The notes: generated by a model from the letters alone, not told the origin. A DNA stretch of 64,000 bases from Kiritimatiellia bacterium (GCA_017628025.1 JAGBZX010000033.1:13280-77279); one strand, 5' to 3'. Shown: positions 1-10,354, counted from the first letter of the stretch. Translations and numbers: made by a program.

Positions 1-51
1 AGTTTTTAACAACAACTGGCAGTTTCTGATCGCGAAAAAAAAGGCTTGCTA

Positions 52-92
52 TGAAAACTGAAAAAACGATGAAGGTCCACTTCATCGTTTTC
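52..92 (-). terminator. Rho-independent terminator downstream of the tRNA-Glu/tRNA-Leu pair
   Basis: 12-bp perfect stem aaaacgatgaag/cttcatcgtttt with a 5-nt loop at 63-91. On the minus strand it is followed by a T-run (revcomp of tgaaaactgaaaaaa). Confidence 0.6.
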
Positions 93-132
93 AGCAACAC
101 TCTCAAAAAAACTCGCATTACATCGGAAAAAT

Positions 133-207
133 TGGCAGCCCCTAGGAGAGTCGAACTCCTCTTGCCTGGATGAGAACCAGATGTCCTAGCCGATAGACGA
201 AGGGGCC
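133..207 (-). tRNA. tRNA-Glu (anticodon CTC)
   Basis: Minus-strand read: GGCCCCTTCGTCTATCGGCTAGGACATCTGGTTCTCATCCAGGCAAGAGGAGTTCGACTCTCCTAGGGGCTGCCA. The acceptor stem is 7 bp (GGCCCCT/AGGGGCT). The anticodon stem TCTGG/CCAGG flanks the loop TTCTCAT. The T-loop is TTCGACT and CCA is encoded. The 5-prime half is close to E. coli tRNA-Glu. Confidence 0.85.
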
Positions 208-217
208 ATTCTTTCTT

Positions 218-303
218 TGGTGCACCTGGGGGGACTCGAACCCTCATGCCTCGCGGCACATGAACCTGAATCATGCGTGTCTGCCATTCCACCCCAGGTG
301 CGC
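218..303 (-). tRNA. tRNA-Leu (anticodon CAG), class II with long variable arm
   Basis: Minus-strand read ends CAGGTGC-A-CCA. The anticodon stem CATGA/TCATG flanks the loop TTCAGGT, giving anticodon CAG. The long variable arm is GTGCCGCGAGGCATG and the T-loop is TTCGAGT. The exact 5-prime end (301 vs 303) is ambiguous. Confidence 0.8.
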
Positions 304-352
304 TACAGTTGAGTATTATATCACAATCAAATCTCAAAAAGCAATAAAAAAA

Positions 353-1066
353 CTAGTATGATCGAAAAATCTCTTCTTCTATATCTTCAGTTAATTTCAT
401 TGCCCCTATTCGATTTACATGTGTGATTTCAGGAGGATCAAGTTTTTTACAAGAAACAAACTTATACAAAACACATTCTTCACCCATATCAAGAATGGAC
501 TGTCCCTTCGCCAAAATTCGTCTGGTCACTTCTATTCTAATAGTAGAGACCTTAGCATTAAGCCTAATTGCTAATTGCGCAGCGCCTCGCTTTAACTTAA
601 GCTTACTACCATCTATGGGGCTTCTAGTTCCTTCAGGGAAAATAAGGATATTTCCACCTTCTGAAAGAATCTTCTTTGCCTCGTCTAAAATTAATTCGTC
701 ATTAGGAAGCATTACATTTCTAACTAACGCACCATAAAAAACATTTCGCTTAAGTTCTGTTTTCGCCACTGAATATACATCTGGTATTAACGCTGTTAGA
801 AGAACTACATCTATTAGCGATGGGTGATTAGCAACAATAACGCAACCTCTTGATTTATCTAAAAGCGAATCATCAATAGCAATAAGTCCAATTTTTTCAA
901 AAAGAAAGACCATTGCCCGCCAAGAACACCTTATTACTCTATGTCCGTCGCTACGCTTCTTACAAAAAGGCAAAACAAAGATAGTTATAAATAAACCACC
1001 TAATGCAAATAGCACAAACAATGCTATTGAAAGCGCACTTCTAGTAACTCGTTTTACGAAACCCAT
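353..1066 (-). CDS. Lysophospholipid (1-acyl-glycerol-3-phosphate-type) acyltransferase; terminal gene of the lipid cluster
   Basis: 237 aa with an N-terminal TM helix. The HX4D acyltransferase motif is present (VANHPSLIDVV), and the FPEGTRS motif is typical of the PlsC/LPLAT family. Confidence 0.75.
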   Translation of the reverse strand: MGFVKRVTRSALSIALFVLFALGGLFITIFVLPFCKKRSDGHRVIRCSWRAMVFLFEKIGLIAIDDSLLDKSRGCVIVANHPSLIDVVLLTALIPDVYSVAKTELKRNVFYGALVRNVMLPNDELILDEAKKILSEGGNILIFPEGTRSPIDGSKLKLKRGAAQLAIRLNAKVSTIRIEVTRRILAKGQSILDMGEECVLYKFVSCKKLDPPEITHVNRIGAMKLTEDIEEEIFRSY

Positions 1067-1644
1067 TTAAGAGATATACGCTTACCTTCTAAGAGAAGAA
1101 TTTCCCCTGCAATAAACTTCGCAATATCTTCGAAGTTTATAGGAGATTTTTCATTGTTGCCAGCAGAAACTTGTAACTTCCTACCCGTAGTAGGGCCAAA
1201 ACGAATCGCTGCTCCATAACCAGATTGAGTCTCTTCAGCGTAACACCAAGCAACACTCTCTGTTTCAAATATTGCTTCAATAAGAGAGTTTTCTATAGTC
1301 TCTTCACCAGCAGCTATCGCAGTGTATGAAGCGTGATTTTTAGCATAAACAGAATAAAGCCCAGGAGAAGCATTATATACTGACGAGCTAAATTTCCAAG
1401 GAGACACTGACCCCTCTTCATTATATGCATGAACTATGTCACTAGTGAGTTTGTCCTCGCCATCACGCGAGGCGAAAACTATTTTTATCTCTTCTCCGAC
1501 TGGAGCTACCTTATTAAGAAGAAAAAAGGAAACCTTCTGCAATAGAGAAAAACGCCTTCGTGTCATTGGAGGAACAAAACTTATATCAAGTTCATCACTT
1601 GAAAATTTAACAAAGGACGCACTAACAAATAAAGTTTTTTTCAT
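1054..1644 (-). CDS. Hypothetical protein, cluster-associated (possibly a degenerate KS-N-terminal-like or accessory protein)
   Basis: 196-aa ORF packed tightly between the acyltransferase and the KS gene, with 4-nt overlaps on both sides. No catalytic motif is recognised. Confidence 0.45.
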   Translation of the reverse strand: MKKTLFVSASFVKFSSDELDISFVPPMTRRRFSLLQKVSFFLLNKVAPVGEEIKIVFASRDGEDKLTSDIVHAYNEEGSVSPWKFSSSVYNASPGLYSVYAKNHASYTAIAAGEETIENSLIEAIFETESVAWCYAEETQSGYGAAIRFGPTTGRKLQVSAGNNEKSPINFEDIAKFIAGEILLLEGKRISLKWVS

Positions 1645-2861
1645 ACACGCTTGAATAAAAGTGAAGTATTTACACCACCAAAAGCAAAATTATTAGAACA
1701 GATATATTCTGTTTCAAATGTTCTACCTTCTCCCATAATAAAATCATGTCCCATGCACTCCGGATCAGGATTAACAAGATTTAAATTTGGAGCAAACCAA
1801 TTATTTCTCATCATATTGATCGCCATCACTGCCTCAATTGAGCCGCACGCACCAAGAGTATGACCAGTATAATTTTTAATAGTACTCAACGGTATATTTG
1901 TTCCATATATTTGTGCTGTCGCCTTTGATTCGGCAACATCGCCAATATCTGTAGCTGTTCCATGCGCATTTATATATCCTATCGCTTCAGGGCTAAGCTT
2001 TGCATCATCTAGTGCATATTTCATCGCCAACGCCATCGTCTCGTAATTGGGCTGTGTCACGTGCCTGCCATCAGTATTGGTACCAAACCCAACAACTTCA
2101 GCCAAAATATTAGCTCCTCTAGATATTGCCCTTTCTCGCTCTTCTAAAATTAAGGTAGCCGCTCCCTCTCCTATTACTAAACCATCGCGATCTTTATCAA
2201 AAGCTCTCGGCGTTGCTTCTGGTAAAGAATTCTGCGTGCTTGTTGCAAATAATGTATCAAAAACTGCAGCTTGTGTAGGACTAAATTCCTCTGCTCCACC
2301 AGCTATCATAACATCCTGCTTGCCATACTTTATTAATTCATATGCATTACCTATAGCAAGCGACCCCGAAGTACACGCCGTTCCTGTAGGAACTATACGA
2401 CCAGTAGTTCCAAAATGAACGGAGAGATTAACGCACGTAGTTTGAGGCATCATCTTAATATACGTCGAACTAGTGACATTTTTAACCTCTTTTGAATAAA
2501 TAATAGTATAAAAATCGGCAACAGCACCAACACTTCCAGATGATGACCCATACGCAACGCCCGCACGACCATTCTTTAAAACTTCGTCCCCTTCTAGCCC
2601 TGCCGCTTTTATCGCCTGCTCCGTTGCGTCAAGTGCCATAATAGAAACCGGGCCCATCGTCCGCGTCACTTTGCGATTATACTTATCATTCTTTACATAA
2701 TTTGCCGGTGCATATAGACGAGTTTGAAGCCCCTTATACTCCGAAAGCTCTTCTGATACTTTTACGCAATTCTTTAAGTCTTTTAATCGTTCAAAAGCGC
2801 TTTCAAATGAATGACCTAAAGAGCTAATAATACCAGCGCCCGTAACAACAACTCTTCTCAT
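1641..2861 (-). CDS. Beta-ketoacyl-ACP synthase (KAS I/II-like, Cys-His-His triad)
   Basis: Active-site Cys in GTACTSGS; catalytic His in NAHGTAT and YTGHTLGACG. The start is probably MRRVVVTGAG (2861), right after the FabG-like stop. The ORF itself extends to 2879. Confidence 0.8.
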   Translation of the reverse strand: MRRVVVTGAGIISSLGHSFESAFERLKDLKNCVKVSEELSEYKGLQTRLYAPANYVKNDKYNRKVTRTMGPVSIMALDATEQAIKAAGLEGDEVLKNGRAGVAYGSSSGSVGAVADFYTIIYSKEVKNVTSSTYIKMMPQTTCVNLSVHFGTTGRIVPTGTACTSGSLAIGNAYELIKYGKQDVMIAGGAEEFSPTQAAVFDTLFATSTQNSLPEATPRAFDKDRDGLVIGEGAATLILEERERAISRGANILAEVVGFGTNTDGRHVTQPNYETMALAMKYALDDAKLSPEAIGYINAHGTATDIGDVAESKATAQIYGTNIPLSTIKNYTGHTLGACGSIEAVMAINMMRNNWFAPNLNLVNPDPECMGHDFIMGEGRTFETEYICSNNFAFGGVNTSLLFKRV

Positions 2862-2862
2862 A

Positions 2863-3537
2863 TTAGAACATCCCCCCATTTATGGAAATTACCTGACGCG
2901 TCAGATAACCTGCCTCCTCAGATACTAAGTATGACACTAGTGCGGCAACCTCTTCTGATTTACCAAATCTTCTCATAGGTATAGCTTTTTTTACTTCTTC
3001 TACTGGCATATCTTTAATCATATCAGTTTCAATTACACCAGGAGCAACAGCATTTACTGTTATGCCACGTTTTGCCAGTTCCACAGCTAATGCCTTAACC
3101 GCGCCGATTACTCCTGCTTTTGCCGCAGAGTAATTTACCTGTCCCCTATTGCCTACAACTCCAGAGATAGAAGAAAGAGCTATTATCCTCCCTTTTATCC
3201 TTGATGATATCATTGGCATTATTATCGGCTTAAGAACATTATAAAAGCCATCCAAATCGGTTCTTAAAACATTATCCCACTGTTCGTCTTCAAGTGCAGG
3301 AAATGGATTATCTGACGCTATTCCCGCATTAAGCACTACCCCATAATATGGACCATTTGCAGCAATATCAGCGTCTATAACACGCCTACATTCCTCTCGA
3401 TTTGCAATATCGAACTTTAAATCTGTTCCTTCAGACTTAAATGAATGCGTAACTACTTCATAGCCTTCGTCTTTTAGGCGTTGAGCGATTGCCTTGCCAA
3501 TTCCACGACTTGCCCCGGTTACTAATATTCGCTTCAT
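2863..3537 (-). CDS. 3-oxoacyl-ACP reductase (SDR family, FabG-like)
   Basis: 224 aa. The Rossmann motif is VTGASRGIGKAIA. NAG is present, along with a Ser-Tyr-Lys catalytic pattern (SAAKAG). Confidence 0.85.
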   Translation of the reverse strand: MKRILVTGASRGIGKAIAQRLKDEGYEVVTHSFKSEGTDLKFDIANREECRRVIDADIAANGPYYGVVLNAGIASDNPFPALEDEQWDNVLRTDLDGFYNVLKPIIMPMISSRIKGRIIALSSISGVVGNRGQVNYSAAKAGVIGAVKALAVELAKRGITVNAVAPGVIETDMIKDMPVEEVKKAIPMRRFGKSEEVAALVSYLVSEEAGYLTRQVISINGGMF

Positions 3538-5099
3538 ACATTTGCCCCTTCCTTGAAATTTTGCACGTCTTCACTTTCTGGCTCAAAAGCATTAAGCCGC
3601 CCCTCCGCTACGACATTATCTAAACTATCGGTGATTTTAACATCAAATGACGCAAATGAGCCATCAGTGAAGTCTAATTTAACGTCAACTCTGTAGCGCC
3701 TAGCATTTTCAATCTTTTCTATATAAGTTTTTATGGAACGAGTTCCAAGAACAAAGCCTATCCTGGGCCCTAAACGCATATTTCTTCGCTTAAGTCCTAC
3801 TAAAGCAGCCATAGTTTGCGCCATATACTCTAAAGCAAAAACACTTGGAACTCCGCAAAGTGATTCATCAAAGAACGGTGAATCTTTCGTGATTTCTACA
3901 AATGCCGTAAGCGACTCTTCTGTAAGACTTGAAGGATCTATTGCCGAAAGAAGAACCATTGGCGGATCATGTGGCAAAATATCACAGGGACGCGCAGGAC
4001 CTATAATTATACTTGCGTTACTACCACCAAATGCAAATGAGTTAGACAACACTGGCCCAGGATGAAATACATCATCAACCTTTGCCAAACGCAATTTCGG
4101 CAGTTCAGCATCAACGTTGCCCGCAAGAGGATGGGGTAATGCCTTATTACCATTTATTAGCATAAGATAACAAAGCGCCGTCTCTAATGCTCCAGCTGCA
4201 CCTAAGCCATGTCCTATCATGGGCTTCGATGACGAACAAAGCGGCCCATCTCCAAATACACGCCAAACAGCCATCGACTCCATTCTGTCATTTTGAATAG
4301 TCCCTGTGCCGTGCAAATTAAGATAAACTTTATCCTTTGAGTCCAACGAAGCATCAGCTAAAGCTAAACGCATTGAAGCCTCCGCTCCATTCCCTTCCGG
4401 ATGAGGCGCAGTAAGGTGATATGCGTCAGAACTTTCTCCTATGCCTAGCAATGCTATTGCACCTCTATTTTTTTCTAACGTAAAAAAAGCAGCTCCTTCT
4501 CCTAAGTTAATACCTTCGCGCCCTTCACCCATCGGGGTAGTCAAATTGCGATTAACAACCTCTAACGCATCAAAGCCATTTACAACTACCCTTGAAAAGC
4601 TATCTGCTCCGCCAGCAACAACTGCGTCACAAACTCCGGAATTTATAAGTTTTCTAGCAGTTGCAAAAACCTTCACGCTTGATGAGCATGCTGTTGATAC
4701 AGATAGAGCAGGACCTGATAAATTTAAATATTCTCTCAAGAAAATCGCAGGTGTTGCCATATCAATCTTATCTTGAGCCTTAGTATACTCCTCCATAGTT
4801 GAATTACTAGTACCGACAACAACACCGATACGATTAGCACCGTAAACTTCTTTAAGTTTTTCAACTTCTAAAGTCATATCTTTTACTGCCGCTGCTATCA
4901 ATTGAGCGACTCTAGACGGAAAAGTTTGATCTTTTACATCACATGAGCCAAAGAGTGTGGTCTGTTCTGCCGGCAAAACACCAGAAAGAACTTTCATACC
5001 TGAAACATCACCTACTTGAGCGCGCTTCCATACGGTAGTGGCATCATTACCTAGAGCACACACGATGCCCATCGCAGTTAGCCCGATATACTCACCCAT
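3534..5099 (-). CDS. Beta-ketoacyl synthase fused to a C-terminal hot-dog fold (FabA/FabZ-like dehydratase) domain
   Basis: 521 aa. The KS part carries the motifs TACSSSV (Cys), LHGTGT and IGHGLGAAG (His). The last ~130 aa form a hot-dog-like domain. Confidence 0.75.
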   Translation of the reverse strand: MGEYIGLTAMGIVCALGNDATTVWKRAQVGDVSGMKVLSGVLPAEQTTLFGSCDVKDQTFPSRVAQLIAAAVKDMTLEVEKLKEVYGANRIGVVVGTSNSTMEEYTKAQDKIDMATPAIFLREYLNLSGPALSVSTACSSSVKVFATARKLINSGVCDAVVAGGADSFSRVVVNGFDALEVVNRNLTTPMGEGREGINLGEGAAFFTLEKNRGAIALLGIGESSDAYHLTAPHPEGNGAEASMRLALADASLDSKDKVYLNLHGTGTIQNDRMESMAVWRVFGDGPLCSSSKPMIGHGLGAAGALETALCYLMLINGNKALPHPLAGNVDAELPKLRLAKVDDVFHPGPVLSNSFAFGGSNASIIIGPARPCDILPHDPPMVLLSAIDPSSLTEESLTAFVEITKDSPFFDESLCGVPSVFALEYMAQTMAALVGLKRRNMRLGPRIGFVLGTRSIKTYIEKIENARRYRVDVKLDFTDGSFASFDVKITDSLDNVVAEGRLNAFEPESEDVQNFKEGANV

Positions 5100-8037
5100 T
5101 TTCTTTACCTTTCGTATGCCATTGATACCACTGATCTGGATATACTTTTACTAATCTTTCTAGCTCACTTACATAAACTTCTGCCATATTCTCATATGGC
5201 AAACGCTTTACATAGACTCGATAAGAATCCTTTTCCTTAAGCGCCGCTACAAAATAAACATTACGCTCAAGATGTTTTGCAAATCTAAAAGCTCCTTCAG
5301 GGAATGAACGCTTTGAACCTAAAAACTCATACTCTTTACTTCTACCATTTCCGCGATCGCCCGCTATTAAAACAACCCCACCCTCATCAACTATAGATAA
5401 ACCTAAAAACAACTCAGCTATACCAAAGCCTTCTGTTGGATGTACCTCTATCATGGTGCGCTTTGAATGGCGATCTTTAAAAGCCCTAAAGGTTGCTGTT
5501 CTTGAAAGTGACATAAAAACATGAAATTTAACCTTACACTCCCCATAAGCGGCTATTGCTTCTGTATTACCTAGATGAGAAGAGATAACTACCGCACCTT
5601 TCTCTTTTTCAATATCTTCTAAAAAAGTACGAGTATCATCATTTTCTTCAAACACGATTTTCGGCTGTCCCTTCCCCATTGATAAAACAGCTATTTTATC
5701 TGCGAGAGAAAGCGCGAAGTTAATCATTTTTTGACGAGAGAAGGACGCCTTTCTTGCAACAGGATCAAATATCCAAACGACGTTTGCAACAACACGAGCT
5801 ATAAAATCAAATAATCCCTTACCAAATATACTATAGAGCATCCATGCAATCTCCATCCCTAATGGCGTTGATGCCCGCTCAGTCTTATCGACTTTAGGTT
5901 TAAAAATCGCCCACGCAACTAAATACGAAACAGGCAATCCCACTGCAAAAGCAGTACCAAAAGAGCGTATTATTGGAAAAGAGACAAAAGAAAGAGCCCC
6001 GAACCCAACCAAACTAGTTAAAAACGAACACGTGACACTCTTTAACGCACCACGAAAATCAGATGATAAAAAAATCGTATAATCAAGAGCCATGCCTACT
6101 ATCATAAATGAAGCTAGTACATGAAAAAAATTGACATTGCCATGTGTTAATTGTTCAAAGGCAAAAACTGAACAAACGGCAAAAATTGAAGGTGTTAAAA
6201 TTAATGCAACTCGCTTACGGTAACTAATTCCCAACAAGAAAAACAACAACACAAAAGAAAGAGTTAACAAATGTGCCGCTCGCTTCTCATGTGTATTTAT
6301 GAGGCTAGCAATCATTTCCCGTGGTGCATAAATCGAGACACCTTTAGTAGCTGATGTAATATTTTTAGCATCTTCTATTGAGACATTAGGGACTATACTC
6401 ATTACTGAATTAGAGCCATCTGTGAACAAAAACCGTTGTGCAATTTGCGGAGGAATATCTTTTTCTTTTATTTCCTTAGGCTGAAGCGTATGGGGCAACT
6501 CAAAAAAACCTATTGATTTCAATAGCGTCGCACCTTCTTGAGATGAACAATCTTTTATAATTACATAATTTGATATTCTTTTCTTAAAAGAAGGCAAAAA
6601 CTTAGATAGACACACAGAGGTTTTGAAAACTTGTTCTTCTCTTTGAAGAACCTCTTCAAGCGTCCCTCCAGAAACAACTGCCATACCAGCACTTTTATTT
6701 ATTTGACTTAATTCTGCAATCATCCTTTCAGATTGCATCAACTTCTTAGATGGCTTATGTAAATCTTCTGCCCCAGTATGGAAATTTGAAAAAATCAATC
6801 CAAAACTAGAAAACAACGCTATAACAGGAACAATAAAACTAGTCGCTAAAGAACCTTCTAATTTAATCATCCATTTTGGAGGATTATGTGTCTTAACTTT
6901 TTCCGAGCGTAATACTCCACAAGAAAGAAGTGTTAAACTAAAAATAAGGCTCGAGAAAAGACCAGCCGTTAAAAAAATAGCCGTTTGAACTAACGCAGAC
7001 AAACTGGAAAAAGCCAAAGGCAATAGGCTTACGATTGTAGTCAAAAATGACTTTATAAGATTCTTCTTAACAATCACCTCATTGCCTTTTATTGCTAACA
7101 ATGCATGGAAAGAATAGTCCACTGCTAATCCTATAAGTGTTGTACCAAAAACCAAAGCCATTAAATGAATTGAATCAAAAAAGAGGCAAACAGCCGCAAA
7201 GCCTACTGAGGCAGAAACAGCAAGATTGAGTAAAATGGCTAGGATAGATTTTAATGAGGAAATAACCCTTAACGCCAATATAACAATAAAAGCAAGCGAA
7301 AATAAAGAAAGTAAAGTTATCTCTCTTTCGCACTTTGAAGAAGTTTCTAAAGTGTGTAAACTTACACCAGAAATTGAAAGCGTTGCATCTTTAGATGAAT
7401 TATTAAGCCTATCACACGAAAGAAGAATTGGATTCAAGATATTGGGCAGTTTCTTAATATCAAAGACCGATGCTTTTGGTAATGAAAATGAAATTAACAC
7501 ATGATAAAGCCCATCTGCTTTAGCACAAAGAAAATCATCTTTTAATTTCCAACTACCAAACCCTCGTGGAAGAGTTTTTACGAATCTATCAATAAAGCCT
7601 AATGAATCATCTTTTTGAAAAACAAGCTTGTACGAAGAAAACAAATCTCGCCTAACTTGATTTACTAAATTACTAGTTAAATAAAGCTCTTTATCCTTTG
7701 GAGAAAGAAATCCACCTCCCGCTTGAGAGTAAAAACTAATTATTTCTTTAAACTCTAGATTAGATGTCTTAAAAACAATGTTTTCGATTACATTAGTATC
7801 AAGTTGCGAAACGAAATTCTCGGCCAATTCTTGAGCCGCCTCAAATGTTTTGGACGATGAAATTACTTGCACTCGAGACGAGACAGCATTTTTTATTGGA
7901 TCTGGAAGCGATAAGCCATTAGCCCCGGCAAGACGCTCTAAAGACGTTTCAAAGCGCCTCTCTTTTGCTAAATAAACCGCTGCTGCCAATGCAAAAGCAG
8001 CAATCACAAAGAAAACTAAACTTATCAAACGCTTCAT
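5092..8037 (-). CDS. MMPL/RND-family membrane exporter fused to a C-terminal LpxL/HtrB-like lipid acyltransferase domain
   Basis: 981 aa. The N-terminal ~700 aa contains many TM segments and an MMPL-like GLAVDYSFH motif. The C-terminal ~250 aa carries an HX4D-type motif (SSHLGNTE) and ends QWYQWH, like LpxL-family acyltransferases. Confidence 0.65.
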   Translation of the reverse strand: MKRLISLVFFVIAAFALAAAVYLAKERRFETSLERLAGANGLSLPDPIKNAVSSRVQVISSSKTFEAAQELAENFVSQLDTNVIENIVFKTSNLEFKEIISFYSQAGGGFLSPKDKELYLTSNLVNQVRRDLFSSYKLVFQKDDSLGFIDRFVKTLPRGFGSWKLKDDFLCAKADGLYHVLISFSLPKASVFDIKKLPNILNPILLSCDRLNNSSKDATLSISGVSLHTLETSSKCEREITLLSLFSLAFIVILALRVISSLKSILAILLNLAVSASVGFAAVCLFFDSIHLMALVFGTTLIGLAVDYSFHALLAIKGNEVIVKKNLIKSFLTTIVSLLPLAFSSLSALVQTAIFLTAGLFSSLIFSLTLLSCGVLRSEKVKTHNPPKWMIKLEGSLATSFIVPVIALFSSFGLIFSNFHTGAEDLHKPSKKLMQSERMIAELSQINKSAGMAVVSGGTLEEVLQREEQVFKTSVCLSKFLPSFKKRISNYVIIKDCSSQEGATLLKSIGFFELPHTLQPKEIKEKDIPPQIAQRFLFTDGSNSVMSIVPNVSIEDAKNITSATKGVSIYAPREMIASLINTHEKRAAHLLTLSFVLLFFLLGISYRKRVALILTPSIFAVCSVFAFEQLTHGNVNFFHVLASFMIVGMALDYTIFLSSDFRGALKSVTCSFLTSLVGFGALSFVSFPIIRSFGTAFAVGLPVSYLVAWAIFKPKVDKTERASTPLGMEIAWMLYSIFGKGLFDFIARVVANVVWIFDPVARKASFSRQKMINFALSLADKIAVLSMGKGQPKIVFEENDDTRTFLEDIEKEKGAVVISSHLGNTEAIAAYGECKVKFHVFMSLSRTATFRAFKDRHSKRTMIEVHPTEGFGIAELFLGLSIVDEGGVVLIAGDRGNGRSKEYEFLGSKRSFPEGAFRFAKHLERNVYFVAALKEKDSYRVYVKRLPYENMAEVYVSELERLVKVYPDQWYQWHTKGKENG

Positions 8038-8645
8038 TTACTACCTTTCGCAGGCAAAGAAGCAAAAACTTCTTTAAAAGTATAATGAGCTTTCTCTCCA
8101 GACGAAAAATAAAAAACAACCTCATTTAATGTCGCACTTCCCGTAAGTTCTAAGAATTTTATCAGTTGGCGCATATCCCGTCTTTTAGGCTCTAGCCTTA
8201 CACGCCATTGATTAGTACTTAAATTAGATGCTTCAATCTTGAAAAGCTTTTCAAATCTGACATCCTTACCTGATGCAAATTCATCAATTGCTTTTGTAAT
8301 TTCTTCATAATGCGGCATTTCCGATGATGGAACAACACGCTCACCATCTTCGCCAAAAAAACGCATTTCCTTCCCTTTCATTGAAATACCAGACACGAAA
8401 GGCTTTTGCATTTGCCAAAAAATACCTTGTCCTTTGAAGCATTTAACAATACCTGACGAAGAGATTCTAATAGGCGTTCCTTCAATTGTCTTTTCCATAG
8501 TCCATGTAGCAGAAGAATCTAGAGCTCTGCGAAGAGCCAACTCAAAATGCTCTCGACTATTCGCAAAAGACTGTATGACAGACAAAAAGAAAGATATCAT
8601 CACAAGCGTGAACTTAATGAACAATCTAGAAGCCTTAAAAGTTAG
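8034..8645 (-). CDS. LolA-like outer-membrane lipoprotein carrier family protein (cluster-associated)
   Basis: The N-terminal signal peptide is MLTFKASRLFIKFTLVMISFFLSVIQSFA. Size (~200 aa) and position match LolA-like genes of polyene lipid clusters. The ORF extends to 8681; 8645 is the more plausible start. Confidence 0.55.
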   Translation of the reverse strand, partial: LTFKASRLFIKFTLVMISFFLSVIQSFANSREHFELALRRALDSSATWTMEKTIEGTPIRISSSGIVKCFKGQGIFWQMQKPFVSGISMKGKEMRFFGEDGERVVPSSEMPHYEEITKAIDEFASGKDVRFEKLFKIEASNLSTNQWRVRLEPKRRDMRQLIKFLELTGSATLNEVVFYFSSGEKAHYTFKEVFASLPAKGSK

Positions 8646-9954
8646 CATAACGAAATTCTCCAGATGTACAAATTTCATCACTACACTTTATTGAGAAAGA
8701 AAACTTACCTTCATCCTTTCTTGATATCTCTAGCTTTAGTGACTCACGAGGCTGAATTGGACGTTGAAATTTAAGCCTTGCTATTTCGCCAGAGAAAATT
8801 GGCATATGCCAAGAGCGACGTATACAACGCTCAACATAGTCTAGCTGAACAACGCCTGGAAGTATTTTAAATGAATTAAAATGACCTTCAAAGTAAAATG
8901 CATCAGGTATAAATGTAATATTAGATGTATAAGATGAATCTAGTAATGTTTCGTTTTCTGATACAGGCTCTTGATAGCGCGACTTAAGAATAGGTGCAAT
9001 TGTTGAGTGTGGCAGTTTACCTTGCTCATTATAATCAAACTGATTAACAAAACGAATCCTTCGCGGGAAAGCATATGACTTAATCGTTTTTAGTTTTTTC
9101 AACTCCGTTATTATAGCAGAGTAAGAAGATGATTTTAATTTAGCCTTCCCTAGTGCATTAAGCTTAACTAAAGCTCTTATTCTAGGCACTGCCTCATCTG
9201 AAGCGATTGCATGCGCCTTAGCAACAAGAGGATGTTCTTCTAAAGAATCTTCTATCTCAGACAAAGAAACATAACGTTCAAGTATTTTTACTTTTCGATC
9301 AATTCTTCCTAGAAGCAAAAACGTATTAGGCGATGTAAACTTTGCGGCATCTCCCATTTTAAAAGGCCTTGTTACTGAAAATTCTGAATCTACCTCTATA
9401 ACACCTTCGTTATTTGCTTTTGCTTGAACACCATCGAACACACGCCAGTGTTCACCATTGGATCTGCGCCGCCATGCAACAGACCCCGTTTCTGTGCTTC
9501 CGAAAATCTCTGTAACTGCAATCCCCACTTCGTTCTGTATTCTAAAGGCTAACTCTTCTTTAAGAAGGCTGCCTGATGTAACAATACCAACCAGAATATT
9601 TTTAAGAAGCTTAAATTCTTCTCTTTGAATAGCTTTCTCTAGAAACGAAGGCGTAGTTACTAGTAGAATTTTCTCCTTGTTTTGTGAAGCAAACAAAAGT
9701 TCTTCTACTGAAAGTATCGTCTCTTCATGAACTAAACATCCTGCAAATAAGGGCACCCTTACTTTCCATAATGCTCCATACATATGCTCAGAACGAATTG
9801 TCGTAACAACATAAGGCTTAGTATCAAACAAGTCTGGTAGCGACTTAACAAGCATAGATGCATCAGCATCAAGGGAGATTGCGCTTTTAAGTATCGTTTT
9901 TGAAACACCAGTAGAGCCTGATGTAGAAAACGCAACACTCATTACTTCGCCCAC
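8635..9954 (-). CDS. Adenylate-forming (AMP-binding, acyl-CoA/ACP ligase-like) enzyme fused to a C-terminal FabZ/FabA-like dehydratase
   Basis: 439 aa. The N-terminus has TSGSTGVSKT (AMP-binding core motif) and GSTETG. The C-terminus has FYFEGHF, the hot-dog dehydratase His motif. Confidence 0.65.
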   Translation of the reverse strand: MGEVMSVAFSTSGSTGVSKTILKSAISLDADASMLVKSLPDLFDTKPYVVTTIRSEHMYGALWKVRVPLFAGCLVHEETILSVEELLFASQNKEKILLVTTPSFLEKAIQREEFKLLKNILVGIVTSGSLLKEELAFRIQNEVGIAVTEIFGSTETGSVAWRRRSNGEHWRVFDGVQAKANNEGVIEVDSEFSVTRPFKMGDAAKFTSPNTFLLLGRIDRKVKILERYVSLSEIEDSLEEHPLVAKAHAIASDEAVPRIRALVKLNALGKAKLKSSSYSAIITELKKLKTIKSYAFPRRIRFVNQFDYNEQGKLPHSTIAPILKSRYQEPVSENETLLDSSYTSNITFIPDAFYFEGHFNSFKILPGVVQLDYVERCIRRSWHMPIFSGEIARLKFQRPIQPRESLKLEISRKDEGKFSFSIKCSDEICTSGEFRYANF

Positions 9955-10343
9955 GGCTTAACACCTTTCACCTTACATCTACAAAGCCATTCTCCCGCAA
10001 ACATCATAGCAAACAAAATGTATGCGATTGCACCATTGTAAATAGCCCAAATTTCAAGAGGAGCTATTACTGTTGCCAGAGTTACTAAAAAATGCAAAAA
10101 AAGAAACACAACCCACACACGATTTACTTTGCGACAATATTGCAAACCCTTCTCGTCTAGTATTTCACCACGCTTTCTAGCAATCTTCTCCACAATGGGC
10201 GTTTTAAAGGAAGAAATAAAAAAAATAAAAAACGCAACCCCTGTCACTATCGCAGGATAAAGGCGAAAATAAACATTGCCACGTAGGAAATACACTAACC
10301 AAACAAGTGCAATGGCAGATAACACTTTAAATACGGCCATCAT
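9942..10343 (-). CDS. Small integral membrane protein (cluster-associated, 4 TM)
   Basis: 133 aa, hydrophobic throughout. It occupies the position right after the two ACP genes. Confidence 0.55.
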   Translation of the reverse strand: MMAVFKVLSAIALVWLVYFLRGNVYFRLYPAIVTGVAFFIFFISSFKTPIVEKIARKRGEILDEKGLQYCRKVNRVWVVFLFLHFLVTLATVIAPLEIWAIYNGAIAYILFAMMFAGEWLCRCKVKGVKPWAK

Positions 10344-10354
10344 CGCCGCGATTT

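Noticed and set aside
423-737. Plus-strand ORFs listed in the track (e.g. 423..737, 2047..2418, 4441..4776, 7226..7504, 13285..13674, 16963..17352, 26285..26734, 26809..27240, 34202..34639, 49307..49687, 52831..53292)
   Set aside because: All lie antisense inside well-supported minus-strand genes. They have low-complexity or skewed composition typical of shadow frames, and no recognisable domain.
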